A DNA stretch of 64,000 nucleotides, taken from an uncultured delta proteobacterium (GTDB lineage Bacteria; Desulfobacterota; Syntrophorhabdia; Syntrophorhabdales; WCHB1-27). Below the pieces are notes generated by a model. It was not told the origin of the DNA. It made no database searches and worked only from the letters and a program-made list of their open reading frames with translations. Of the stretch, positions 43,026 through 53,445 are shown piece by piece; position 1 is the first letter of the stretch, and each line of letters opens with the position of its first letter. The DNA lies in assembly GCA_963810935.1 (NCBI GenBank), contig CAWEPK010000012.1, forward strand, positions 1 to 64,000. Direction: 5' to 3'. The translations under genes and the position numbers were made by a program.

Positions 43026-44783
43026 CTACGCTTCAGGGTAGCTGATAACGTCGGAGGGACAGGTCGAGGCACACAGCCCGCATGCCACGCAGGTATCCTG
43101 CTTGATGTGGGCTTTCGGGACTACACTCTCCGTCTGCGGGCCGAAGAGGGCTACAGGCACTTGCACAAGCTCGATCTCGATGGCGCCGTGCGGGCACGCC
43201 TCCTTGCACGAGCCGCAGCCGCTGCACCGCTCTTCGTTGACTTCCGGCAGCACCCGCTCCTCTTCGTCGTCAAGCCGCATCTCGCCCATGGCCCCGAGCA
43301 CCTCGCGCGCCTCCCATCTGGCTGGGCGTGGGTGGCGGATGAAGCCGACGTGGTATCGCTTCCTGCCCCATTTCGTCGGCGACCAGCGCAACTGAGGCTC
43401 CGACCTGTAAGCAGAGAGGAATTCTTTACCGCGCACGACGGCAGCGCAATCGTCGAGCCGGATAACCTTATCGACCGCGAAGCGCATCTGCCTGCCGCCG
43501 CCGGAGACGACGACCGGTCCGCTATCCAACGTTACGTCTTCGCCCTCTTCCAGATGTATGAAGAGCACGCCCTCGCGCCTTGCCGCTTCATAGGCAAGCT
43601 CTTCATAAGAAGGCGCGGCCATGTTGCGCGTGAGCACGTAGACGGTCTTCCCTGCTGCGCGCAAGGTTCTCGCAGCATCGATGAACCTGGACGAGAAGAA
43701 TTCGTAGTACATCCGCGTTGCCGGGTCGTCCGTGCCCAGGTAGAAAAGGCAGGAATCGAAAGGACCGTCCGGGATGGAAATCTCCGGAGGCTCTTCCCTG
43801 TAAAGCCTTGCGTCGGGTGACGCAGGCAGCTTGCCGTTACCGCTCGCCCCTTTTGCTGCATCATGGACGGCTGCGAAACCGGCCCCAAAGCCCGTAAGGA
43901 TCGAGTCCTTGATGTTCATCGGCTCTAAGGCCCCGCCGCATGCATAGACGCCTTCCGCATCGGTAGCGAGCGCCCCTTTTTCACCGACGAAGCCGGAGGC
44001 ATTGAGCGAAAAGCCGAGCACGCCCGCAACGTCCGCAAGCGCCGGGTTCGGGCGCAGGCCGATCGCCATCACTACGTAATCGAACGCCTCTTCTTGGAGC
44101 TTGCCGGCCGAAAAATAGCGCAGCCGCACTTCATCGCCGTCAGCCTCGAAGTACCGCGAGTTGGCCCGGACGAACCTTACGCCGCCGTCGCGGTAGATCT
44201 TCTCCATGAAAAACTCGCTCCCGAACAGGCGCAGGTCGTTGTAGAAAACAGTAATGGCCGGGTTCGCCCTCTGGAGCGTCCACTTGATTTCTCTGATCGT
44301 GTAAGAACAGCAGACGGACGAGCAAAGGGGATACTCTTCGCAGCGCGAGCCGACGCACATGACGAAGGCGATACGGTTAAAATCTGCCGGCAGCTCGCCG
44401 TTCCGCTGGTCGATGAGGGCGTCATATTCGAGGCTCGTCAGTACCTTCGGCCCCTTATAGGCGACCGGGTCGTAAGGCAAAAGGCCCGTAGCGACGACGA
44501 CCTTATCCGCATCTATGGCCCGCCCGTCCGACAGAAGAAGGGAAAAGCCGCCGTTTCTTCTCTGCGCCGATACGATCCTTGCCCCGCTGATTACTGTAAG
44601 GCCGGGGTGGCCGCTTATCTCGTCGTGGAACGCCTTGAAGCCGACCCGGCAGTTGGCAATGCGCGCCATGAGGCCGCCGGGGGCGTCCGCCGCTTCGACC
44701 ACGGTGGCCTTATGGCCTTCTTTCAGTATGACTTTAGCGGCTGATATGCCGCTTATGCCGCCGCCCACTATGACTACGTTCAT
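43026..44783 (-). CDS. hdrA: reduced HdrA-like FAD/Fe-S protein
   Basis: GGGISG, CVGSR...CSSVCC, YNDLR, degenerate second module, C-terminal 2x[4Fe-4S]. Real start is ATG 44783. Confidence 0.78.
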   Translation of the reverse strand: MNVVIVGGGISGISAAKVILKEGHKATVVEAADAPGGLMARIANCRVGFKAFHDEISGHPGLTVISGARIVSAQRRNGGFSLLLSDGRAIDADKVVVATGLLPYDPVAYKGPKVLTSLEYDALIDQRNGELPADFNRIAFVMCVGSRCEEYPLCSSVCCSYTIREIKWTLQRANPAITVFYNDLRLFGSEFFMEKIYRDGGVRFVRANSRYFEADGDEVRLRYFSAGKLQEEAFDYVVMAIGLRPNPALADVAGVLGFSLNASGFVGEKGALATDAEGVYACGGALEPMNIKDSILTGFGAGFAAVHDAAKGASGNGKLPASPDARLYREEPPEISIPDGPFDSCLFYLGTDDPATRMYYEFFSSRFIDAARTLRAAGKTVYVLTRNMAAPSYEELAYEAARREGVLFIHLEEGEDVTLDSGPVVVSGGGRQMRFAVDKVIRLDDCAAVVRGKEFLSAYRSEPQLRWSPTKWGRKRYHVGFIRHPRPARWEAREVLGAMGEMRLDDEEERVLPEVNEERCSGCGSCKEACPHGAIEIELVQVPVALFGPQTESVVPKAHIKQDTCVACGLCASTCPSDVISYPEA

Positions 44784-45463
44784 ATTTTGCCGCTCTCTCC
44801 CATCACGTAGAGCAAAAGGTCCGTCAGGTAGATTACTTTCCTGTCGCGAGCGAATGTCGTCAGGGCCATGTGGCACAGGGGGCAGAAGACGACGAGTGTC
44901 CCCGCCGATTTTTCGAGGATCAGCATGGAAAGCTTTTCGGTGGCCCACTTGCCGGCAAAGAACCGGCCGCCGCCGCAGCATTTGTCCTTCACCTTCTCCC
45001 CTTCTATCTCCCCGCCGAAGAAGGAGATCGCCTCTTCCATGACGTTCTTGTTCCTGATGGCCGTCCCTTCCGGCCGAAGGAGTATGCACCCATAATAGGC
45101 CGTGAAAACGCGCCCTTTCAGGTCGCGCTTCGCCGGAAGACGCGAGAGCGCGTCCCCGTCGATAAGCTCCAGCGGGCTCAGCACGTTGAACGCCTTCTCC
45201 GCGTCCGCCTCCTTCAGGTTCTTATAACAGGCAGGGCAAGGCGCGACTATCCCCGCCCCGCTTGCGCCTTCCGCTTTTTGCAGGTTCTCGCCCGATAGTT
45301 TCAACAGCTCCCTGCGGTCGCCGTACTCCATCGCCCCGCAGCAGTTCCAGTCGGGCACGTCTTTCAGGGTGTGGCCCAGCGCAGCGGCAATCCGCCTCAC
45401 GCCCTTATCGAGGACGCGCGCGGAGCCTGTCAGTGAGCAGCCTGGGTAGTAGGCGTAATCCAT
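44780..45463 (-). CDS. hdrB: HdrB-like CCG-domain protein (short, 227 aa)
   Basis: YYPGCS, WNCCG, PCPAC, YYGC, KCCG, FCPLC. Confidence 0.85.
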   Translation of the reverse strand: MDYAYYPGCSLTGSARVLDKGVRRIAAALGHTLKDVPDWNCCGAMEYGDRRELLKLSGENLQKAEGASGAGIVAPCPACYKNLKEADAEKAFNVLSPLELIDGDALSRLPAKRDLKGRVFTAYYGCILLRPEGTAIRNKNVMEEAISFFGGEIEGEKVKDKCCGGGRFFAGKWATEKLSMLILEKSAGTLVVFCPLCHMALTTFARDRKVIYLTDLLLYVMGESGKI

Positions 45464-45922
45464 CTATCTCCTTTTCACCTTATGCGGCAGGTGGAAGCTC
45501 ACGTATCCGGTCCATCTGGTCAGGTGCTTCAGGTAGCCCTCCTTAACGAGGAAACCGAAGGCCCGCATGAATACGAACGGCTCGTACACCCTGCCAAGCG
45601 CGGCCACCGACGTTTTGAACGCCTTCTCGAAAGGCGAGGCGACGTGCAGCTCTTCGCGCAGGGCCATGACTACATCCGGCACGCGCACCTGCCACGGGCA
45701 GACCGAAGTGCAGCGGTAGCAGCCGGTGCAGTAGCGGACAAGGTCGTTATCCGCGTTGATCTCTTCCCCCAGGAACAGTTTCGCAAGCAGCTCCTGCGGG
45801 TTGACGCCGAGACCCAGGTCGTTAACCGTGCAGACGGACGCGCATATCTTGCAGCCGAGGCAGACCGAGAGGTCTTCCCAGCGAACCCCGGCGAACTCAA
45901 CAATGTTGTTAATCTTCTGCAT
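45464..45922 (-). CDS. hdrC: HdrC-like 2x[4Fe-4S] protein
   Basis: CLGCKICASVC, CTGCYRCTSVCP, F..SV...GRVYE. Confidence 0.85.
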   Translation of the reverse strand: MQKINNIVEFAGVRWEDLSVCLGCKICASVCTVNDLGLGVNPQELLAKLFLGEEINADNDLVRYCTGCYRCTSVCPWQVRVPDVVMALREELHVASPFEKAFKTSVAALGRVYEPFVFMRAFGFLVKEGYLKHLTRWTGYVSFHLPHKVKRR

Positions 45923-46931
45923 CGTGAAGCTCGTCCTCCTGGAACGTCAGATAGGGTATGGCCTCGTCGGCGCTGCGTCCCGACATGTAGCCGAACATGC
46001 CTTGCAGCCTTTCCGATATGCCTTTGAAGTAGCTCGCCAGCGGGATGGCCTGCGGGCAGGCCTCCTCGCACGCGCCGCACCCGACGCACGATTGTGACAC
46101 GTGAAACATTCTGACCAGATGAAAAACCTCGCGCCCCTGGGGCATGGCGCATGATCCGGTCCGCAGCACCTTGTTGAGCAGCGCATCGCCCTTCGGCACG
46201 TATTCATCGCCGTTGAACAGGCAGTCGATGCAGTAGCAGACCGGGCAGACGTCGCGGCAGTTCTTGCACATGATGCATGATGCGAAGTCTTTCTCGAAGG
46301 CGGCCATGTCCGTACGGAAAGGGGCATCCTTTGACGCGGCGGCATCAGTCAAAAGCATCTCCGGCGTCCCCTCCGCAGCATCAGTCTCGATGAGACCCAG
46401 GAACGATTCTCCCTTTTCCGTAAACGAGTACGCCCACAGGCTTCCGTCCGAGGCAACGCGTACGCCCGCGTCCCCAACTACCGCCCTGTGTTCCCTGCAA
46501 GTGCGGCAGGCGCTCCGCATCTTGTCGGATGTCTTGAAATATTCGGTGAGGCCCTGCGCGTCGGAAGGCAGGTCCGTGATTTTCTCCTTCGAAGAAACGG
46601 TGCCGGGGCAATCGATGCTCACCGCAATGATGCCCGCGGGCTCTACCTGGGTCAGTTTCGTCAGCTCGACGTACGACCTTATCTCGCAGGGGCGCAGCAT
46701 CAGCACAATCTTTGCGCCCTTTGAAAAGAGCCGCCGCAGATAGAGCGCGCCGTTCACGTCGAAGTAAGGGTTGAAGAGCACGTAATTGTCAACGGCCCCT
46801 TTGAAGATGCGGTGGCGCACGCCCGCAGGCCCCTTGTCAAACCCGAAGACAAGACAGCCCTCTTCGCTGAGGAACCGGTTGAGGGCGCCTGTGAGCGCGC
46901 CGTCTTTAAGCTTTTTTGCCTGCGTCTGCAT
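45909..46931 (-). CDS. FdhB/FrhB-related (FlxC-like) 4Fe-4S protein
   Basis: RPCE, DCPG, RSACRTC, CIMCKNCRDVCPVCYCIDC, FHLVRMFH...CVGCGACEEACP. Confidence 0.75.
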   Translation of the reverse strand: MQTQAKKLKDGALTGALNRFLSEEGCLVFGFDKGPAGVRHRIFKGAVDNYVLFNPYFDVNGALYLRRLFSKGAKIVLMLRPCEIRSYVELTKLTQVEPAGIIAVSIDCPGTVSSKEKITDLPSDAQGLTEYFKTSDKMRSACRTCREHRAVVGDAGVRVASDGSLWAYSFTEKGESFLGLIETDAAEGTPEMLLTDAAASKDAPFRTDMAAFEKDFASCIMCKNCRDVCPVCYCIDCLFNGDEYVPKGDALLNKVLRTGSCAMPQGREVFHLVRMFHVSQSCVGCGACEEACPQAIPLASYFKGISERLQGMFGYMSGRSADEAIPYLTFQEDELHDAED

Positions 46932-47328
46932 GGGCAGCTTCCTTTGTCCCTTCGTACAGGGCGGTCACTTTTTGAACGAAGCGGCGGGCCTCCGCTGCGC
47001 TCACCCAGAAGAGCCGCAGCCTGTCCTTCATGGAGAATGCGTCGAACATCTCCTTCAGGGCCGCGATCTTCCGCCTGGTAAAATAATTTCCCTTGATGAA
47101 ATGGCAATCGCCGGGATGGCAGCCCGCGACAAAGACCGCGTCCGCGCCGTCGAAGATCGACTTTATCACGAACGCCGGGTCCACCCTGCTTGAGCACGGC
47201 ACCTGGACGAGGCGCACCCCATCCGGGTATTTCATCCTGAGGCTGCCCGCCATCTCGGATGCCTTGAACGTGCAGAAGGAGCAGGCAAAACCGACTATCT
47301 GCGGCCGTACCCCGGTCTGTTCTCCCAT
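46906..47328 (-). CDS. mvhD: MvhD-like 2Fe-2S subunit (Cys form)
   Basis: FACSFC, VPCSSRV, GCHPGDCHF, WVSAAE. Confidence 0.92.
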   Translation of the reverse strand: MGEQTGVRPQIVGFACSFCTFKASEMAGSLRMKYPDGVRLVQVPCSSRVDPAFVIKSIFDGADAVFVAGCHPGDCHFIKGNYFTRRKIAALKEMFDAFSMKDRLRLFWVSAAEARRFVQKVTALYEGTKEAAHADAGKKA

Positions 47329-47350
47329 ATTTAAGTTCCCCTCTTATTAT

Positions 47351-49024
47351 TCATATGGCCTCCACGAGGGCCGATATCTCATCGTCTATCGCGCTGTCCA
47401 CATAGCCCCTAAGCCTGATGGCGGACGACGGGCATGTCGAGTTGCACAGGCCGCAGCCCATGCATGCCGCCTCCTCGACGCGGACTACCCGCGCCTCTTC
47501 GTCGAACTTTATCGCCTTCGCGACGCACGCCTTCTCGCACATCCTGCAACCGCTGCACCGCTTTATATCGACGGCAGCGACGAACGGGTCCACCGCTGCC
47601 CACCCCGCGCTTAAAAAACCGTAAAGCTTCATTGCCGAGGCCCTGCCGTGGTTGAGCGACTCTTCCATGTCCTTGGGGCCGGAGCACGTGCCTGCTATGA
47701 ATATGCCCTTGACCGCCGTATCGTACGGCCTGAGCTTTACATGCGCCTCGAGGAAGAACTTGTCCTTGTCGAGGGTGATCTTCATGAGCGACGCGATGGC
47801 CGCGCTGTCCGCAGGCGGCGACATGCCGACGGAGAGCACTGCGAGGTCGAATTCCCTTTCGAACGGCTCGTCGAGTAGCGTATCCTCACCGCGCACCAGC
47901 AACCCTTTCGGGCCGGGCACGATCTCCGCTACGTTGCCGCGCGTAAAAAGCGTGCCCTTCTCCTGCGTATCCTCGAAGAACTCCTCTCCGCCGCGCGGGT
48001 GGGCGCGTACGTCCATGTAGAAACACTCGACGTATGACCCATCGTACTTTTGCTTTACCGCCTCGGCGATGCGCAGGGCGTTGATGCAGCAGACCCTCGA
48101 GCAGTACGGCCTTCCCACCTGCTCGTCTCTCGACCCGACACAATGGAGGATGGCCACCCTGGGCTTCGCTGGCAGGGAAAGGCCCTCCCTTCTTTGCTCG
48201 AATTCAACCGTAGTCATGACCCGCTCGTCTTTGCCGTAGGCAAGCTCGGGTTTTGCTGATGCGTCGAAGGGGGAAAACCCGATCGCTATGATGCAGCCGC
48301 CAGCGGTTACCTCCCGCTCGCCGTCAGGGGTCTGTAAGGTCGCCCTGTAGTTTCCGAAAGCGCCCTCGAAATTGCTGACGGCCGTCGAGGTGAAAACCTC
48401 CACGTTGCTGCGGCCGCGCAATTCCGCTTCCATCTCTTCAATGACTGCGGCTCCGTCCTTCCTGATGGGCCATATATCCCTCAGCGTCCTCACGTGCCCT
48501 CCGAGGACAGGCCCTTTCTCGACGAGATAGACGTGCATGCCCATGTTCGACAGGAAAAGCGCCGCGGACAAGCCTGAGACGCCCCCGCCGACAATCAGGG
48601 CCGATTTCGTGACCTCGACCATCTTTTCTTCGAGGGGTACGTAATGGGCTGCGGAATAAAGACCTGCGCGGATCAGGCGTATGGCCTTTTCCGTGTTGCG
48701 GGCGACGTCGTCGCCCACCCAGGAGCAGTGCTCCCTGATGCCCACCCTGCGGAGCAGAAACGGGTTAAGGTTCGATTTTCGGAGGAGGTCCTTGAAAAGC
48801 TCGTCATGGAGCGACGGCGTGCACGAGGCGATGATTACGCGGTCGAGCCCTTCCTTCTCGATGCTCTCACGTATCATGTCCTGGCCCGGCTCCGAGCAGA
48901 CAAAGGGGTAATCGGATGCGACGATGACGTTAGGGAATGTGCTGAAGTAGTCGCGGACCTTCCGCACGTCAACCGTGTGCTTGATATTGTGCCCGCAATG
49001 GCAGATAAATATGCCTGTCTTCAT
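47351..49024 (-). CDS. hdrA: HdrA-like FAD/Fe-S protein
   Basis: FICHCG, CSEPGQ, SCTP, IREHCSW, GGGVSG, CVGSR...[15 protein letters not shown]-terminal ferredoxin. Start ATG 49024. Confidence 0.9.
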   Translation of the reverse strand: MKTGIFICHCGHNIKHTVDVRKVRDYFSTFPNVIVASDYPFVCSEPGQDMIRESIEKEGLDRVIIASCTPSLHDELFKDLLRKSNLNPFLLRRVGIREHCSWVGDDVARNTEKAIRLIRAGLYSAAHYVPLEEKMVEVTKSALIVGGGVSGLSAALFLSNMGMHVYLVEKGPVLGGHVRTLRDIWPIRKDGAAVIEEMEAELRGRSNVEVFTSTAVSNFEGAFGNYRATLQTPDGEREVTAGGCIIAIGFSPFDASAKPELAYGKDERVMTTVEFEQRREGLSLPAKPRVAILHCVGSRDEQVGRPYCSRVCCINALRIAEAVKQKYDGSYVECFYMDVRAHPRGGEEFFEDTQEKGTLFTRGNVAEIVPGPKGLLVRGEDTLLDEPFEREFDLAVLSVGMSPPADSAAIASLMKITLDKDKFFLEAHVKLRPYDTAVKGIFIAGTCSGPKDMEESLNHGRASAMKLYGFLSAGWAAVDPFVAAVDIKRCSGCRMCEKACVAKAIKFDEEARVVRVEEAACMGCGLCNSTCPSSAIRLRGYVDSAIDDEISALVEAI

Positions 49025-51737
49025 CTGCTTATATACTCCAGGCAGCGCGACGCCGCCTCCCCTGCCGAGGCGACCGTATCGGGGACGTCCTTCGGACCGG
49101 AGGCCATGCCGCAAACAAATATGCCTTCCACGTCCGTCTTCGACGGCGTCATGGCGTCAACTTTTACGAACCCGTACGTGTCCCGCTCGACGGAAGCCAT
49201 CGCGCAGAGATCGGCTGTCTCCGCACGCGGCCTTACACCTGTCGCCAAAATGACGAGATCGACCTCAATTTCCGCAAGCTCTCCGGATAACATGTCCTCG
49301 ACCCTGACGAGAAAGCCGTTCTCTCCCTTCGTCACCTCGCCGGGCAGGCCCCTTATGTAGCGCACGCCCGCCTCCTGCGCGCTCTTGTAAAATTCCTCGT
49401 AGTTCTTACCGTAAGCGCGCACGTCTATATAGGAGACGTAAACCTCCGCGCCCTTTATCCTGTCGAACACGATGCTCGCGTGCTTCGCCGTATACATGCA
49501 GCAGACGCGGGAGCAAAAGCGCGCGCCCGTCTGCCTGTCCCTGGAGCCGACGCACTGGATGAAAAAGAAGCGCTTCGGCTCTTTTCCATTTACGATGATA
49601 TCGCCGCCGGTCGGCCCCGTGACAGAGCAAATCCTTTCGAACTCGATGCCCGTCAACACGCCCTCCAGCCTGCCGTACCCGTATTCCCCCTTTTCGGTCG
49701 GGTCATACAAGTCGAAGCCGGGGGCGAGGATTATGCCGTCGCAGGCGAGGTCTATAGTCTCGTCTTTCATCGTGTAGTCGATGGCCTTAACGTCACAGCG
49801 GCGTGCGCATTCGCCGCATTCGATGCATCCCTCGACCTGCCCCGCGAGGCAGCGGGATGCTTCCCTGCCTGCCGCCTCCGGCCCGTAGGCCAGGCGGACC
49901 TCCCGGAAATCGGTAACCCGCACCTCCGGCGCTTCTTCCGGCACGGACTCGCGCCGCGCCGGTGCGACCTTCGCCTTTAATTCGGCTTTCTCGGCCTCCG
50001 TTAAGCGGCTGCGGCAGCCTCTGCTGCGGCCTCGGCAACGGGAAGCGGCTCTCCCTTCATGTACAGGTCCATCGACGCGGCCGCCCGCTTGCCTGCCGCT
50101 ATGGCATCGATCACGTATGCCGGGCCTGTGGCTACGTCCCCTCCCGCGAACACGCCCGGCCGGTCCGTCGCGCCTGTCGCCGGGTCCGCCTTTATCGTAC
50201 CGTCTTCCGCTATAGATATGGAAAGGGCGGCGGCAAAGGACGTCTGCGGCGATTGGCCGAGTGCCGTTATCGCCATATCCACCGGAAGCCTGAATTCCGA
50301 GCCTGCCACGGGCAGCGGGCGCCTGCGGCCGGTGCGTCCGGCGCGCCAAGCTCCATGCGCACGCACTCGATCTCCGAAAGCTCCCCGTCTACGGCTATGA
50401 ACCGAACAGGCGCGGCCAGGTATTCGAGCGCTATCCCTTCGGCTGCGAGGGCCTCCACTTCTTCGGCTGCTGCGGGCATCTCCGCTTGCGGTCCTCCGGT
50501 AGATGACGGTCACGTCACTACCGAGCCTTCTCGCAGTCCGCGCGCAATCGACAGCCGTATTGCCTCCGCCTATGACGGCCGCGCGCTTGCCCACGGAAAG
50601 GAACTGCGAGCTTTCGACTGCGCGCAGGAACGTGAGACCGTCGATCACGCCGGGAATGTCTTCGCCGGGTACATTCAGGGCGATGCCGCGCGGCGCGCCC
50701 GTCCCGATGAAGACCGAGTCGTAGCGGGAGGCGATGTTATCCAGCTCCAGGTCTTTCCCTATCGCGACACCGCATTCGATGCGGACGCCTTCCCTGCGGA
50801 TGTACTCAATCTCTGCGGCAAGCTCCGACTTGGGCAGCCTATACTCCGGTATGGCGTACCGCAGCATGCCGCCCGGCTCGGGCAGGGCCTCGAAGACAGT
50901 CACGTCATGGCCCGCAAGGGCAAGATCATGGGCGCATGCGAGCCCGGCAGGGCCTGCACCCACCACCATCGCCCTCTTGCCCGTTTTCTGCAACTGCGGC
51001 GGCGCAGGCTGGACAGGCGCAAGGTCCGCGATTGCCCGCTTCACGTCGCGTATCGCAAGGGGCTGGTCGATCTCTCCCCTGTTGCAGACGCCTTCGCAGG
51101 GCGCATAGCAGACCCTCCCGCAAACGGAAGGGAACGGGTTCGTCTGCCTTATCAGCAGGTAGGCTTCCTCGAACCTGCCCTCGCTTGCATGTTTAAGGTA
51201 ACCCGGCACGTTCGTATGCACCGGGCAGGCGGCGATACAGGCCGCGTGGCACTGCCTCGACCTGCGCTTGTCGATGCTCGCCTTGTTGGGGATCGCCTGC
51301 GGGAAGGGGATGTAAATCGCCTTGCGCGGTCCGGTCCCCATGTTGAACTCGCTTTTCATCACAACGGGGCAGAACGCCGAGCACGCGCCGCATGCGTTGC
51401 ACTTCGCCGTATCGACGAAGCGTGATTTTTTGAGGAGCCTGACCGAGAACCCGTTGTCCGATTTTTCAATGGAGACGGGGCGCGTCCACGAGAGGAGGTC
51501 GATATTCTTCTTGAGCGCCACCTCGACCATCTTGGGCGAGAGCGTGCACGTAGAGCAGTCGAGGGTGGGGAAGGTCTTGTCGAGCTGGATCATCCTGCCG
51601 CCGATAGACGGCCCGGCCTCGACCATAGTCACACGGACGCCGCACGAGGCAAGGTCCAGGGCTGCGGTAATGCCCCCGATACCACCCCCCACGACGACGA
51701 CGTGCTTATCCGCCCCTTCCACCCGAACTTCACTCAT
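49021..51737 (-). CDS. hdrA: HdrA/HdrL-like protein with an inserted GltD/NfnB-like NAD(P)H-FAD domain (at least 3 frameshifts near 50485, 50340 and 50005)
   Basis: [18 protein letters not shown], ferredoxin, then CIAACP...[11 protein letters not shown]...GAGPAG...IGGGNTA...GDVATGP, then CIECGEC, CVGSR...CSRVCCMY. Pieces lie in track ORFs 50001..51737, 50267..50479 and 49021..50349. Confidence 0.85.
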
Positions 51738-52669
51738 CCTTTTAAAATATCTTTCATCTTGTCCCGAAGCTTGTTCGCGTCGCCCACGAACCCGAAATGG
51801 GCGTACTGGAAGATAGGCGCTTCAGGGTCCTTATTGATCGCGATGATGCACTCCGAGTCCTTCATCCCCGCGATATGCTGGAACGCGCCGGAGATGCCCA
51901 TCGCAAAATAGACCTTCGGCTTGACGGTCTTGCCCGACGTCCCTACCTGGCGCGGTTTTGGGAGCCATGCCTTGTCGATGACCGGCCTCGACGCGGACAG
52001 CGTGGCCCTGAGCATGTCGGCAAGCTCCTCGTAGGCCGGTATCTCGTCTTTGCTGCCTATGCCCCTGCCGACTGAGAGCAGGAAATCGGCCTTCGTGATA
52101 TCGATGGCCCCTTTCTCTTCCTCGACGTACTCGATGAAGCTGCGTCCTGCGTCGGCCTCTACTGCGTCGAGCATCGTCTCCGCCGCCTGGGCGCCTTTCG
52201 GCGCAGCCTGTTCCTTGAAGCTGCCGCTCCTGACCGTTGCTATGAAGCAGCCTTCATGCGGCTTGAACTCGCCGAATATCTTGTCCGAATAATAGCTCTT
52301 CACGAAAACGCCGTTGGCCGCCTCGAAGCCGCTCACGTCCGTAATAAGGGGCATGTTAAGACTGCCCGCAGCGTATGACGCAAGCTCGATGCCCGAAGAC
52401 GAGCCGGTGAAGAGTATCGCGTCCGGCATGCCGCCGGCATCGATTGCCTTTTGAAGTATGCGGACCATGTTGAGCGGGTTTAAGAAGTCGGTCTCCGGCG
52501 CCTGCGCCCTTATTACGGCGTCGCTCAATTCCCCGCTGCCGCATACCGCGCCCGCCGGGGCGAGCAGCCGCACCTCCTTGCCCAGCAGGCGCGCAAGGCC
52601 GATGGCGTCCAGGTTCCGTTCCTCGAAAACTCCGCGCCTTACCTCTGCGACAACCAGTGCGTAGCTCAT
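51734..52669 (-). CDS. etfA: electron transfer flavoprotein alpha subunit
   Basis: [43 protein letters not shown]. Start ATG 52669. Confidence 0.95.
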   Translation of the reverse strand: MSYALVVAEVRRGVFEERNLDAIGLARLLGKEVRLLAPAGAVCGSGELSDAVIRAQAPETDFLNPLNMVRILQKAIDAGGMPDAILFTGSSSGIELASYAAGSLNMPLITDVSGFEAANGVFVKSYYSDKIFGEFKPHEGCFIATVRSGSFKEQAAPKGAQAAETMLDAVEADAGRSFIEYVEEEKGAIDITKADFLLSVGRGIGSKDEIPAYEELADMLRATLSASRPVIDKAWLPKPRQVGTSGKTVKPKVYFAMGISGAFQHIAGMKDSECIIAINKDPEAPIFQYAHFGFVGDANKLRDKMKDILKG

Positions 52670-53445
52670 TGATACACCCCCTTGTCCTTCAGGATGCCGA
52701 GAAGCTCCTTGCACACCCCGTCGGGCTCCCCTTGCAGCATGACGGCGCCGCCCTTCTTCGCGGGGTAGACCCACCTGACGAGGTCGATCATGCCTGCCGC
52801 GCCCTCTTTATATGCGCCTGCCTTGAAGACCTTCCTCTCGACCTTCGACGCCTTCCTGATGCCCATGATCGATACGTAGCGCGGCTCGTTGATCCCGCTC
52901 TGAATGCCGAGGACGCACGGCAGCGCAAGATTGACGCGCTCCTGAAGGCCGCCTTCCAGCTCCCGCCGTATCGTCGCCCGGCCCTGCTCGAAGGCATCGA
53001 TGCCGATCACCATGGAGGCATAGGGCAGCCCCAGCTTTGCAGCGAGGATGCCGCCGACGGACGCGAACTGGTCGTCCTCGGACTGCACGCCCGTAAAGAT
53101 CGCGTCGAAGGAGACGGACTCTTTCTTGAGGAAATCATAGAGCAGGCCGGCCCTCGCCATCGGGTCGTTAAAAGGGTCTTCGGACTCGACGAGGAAGCCG
53201 TCTTTCGCGCCCATCGCGATGGCCCTTCTCAGGACCTCGTCCGATTCGGCGTTGCCCATGGATATCGCCGTCACATCGCCGCCCGCCTTCTCCACTATCG
53301 AGACCGCTGCCTCGACCGCGTAGTTGTCCCAGTCGTTCACCTTGAACGGCACCTTCGAAAGATCGACGCGCTGCCCGTCGTCGACGATGCGCAGCTCCTC
53401 TTCCTGTGTAGCAGGGACTCGCTTCGTGAACACCAACAGGTTCAT
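52666..53445 (-). CDS. etfB: electron transfer flavoprotein beta subunit
   Basis: KRVP, NDWDNYAVE, AIAMGA, GVQSED, RELEGG, NEPRY. Confidence 0.95.
   Translation of the reverse strand: MNLLVFTKRVPATQEEELRIVDDGQRVDLSKVPFKVNDWDNYAVEAAVSIVEKAGGDVTAISMGNAESDEVLRRAIAMGAKDGFLVESEDPFNDPMARAGLLYDFLKKESVSFDAIFTGVQSEDDQFASVGGILAAKLGLPYASMVIGIDAFEQGRATIRRELEGGLQERVNLALPCVLGIQSGINEPRYVSIMGIRKASKVERKVFKAGAYKEGAAGMIDLVRWVYPAKKGGAVMLQGEPDGVCKELLGILKDKGVYQ

Noticed and set aside
43026..51737. Methanogen Hdr/Mvh, Qmo or canonical Hdr-Flx
   Set aside because: The host is a bacterium with LPS genes. There is no mvhAG, aprAB or qmoC here, and no FlxA-type NAD/FAD subunit.
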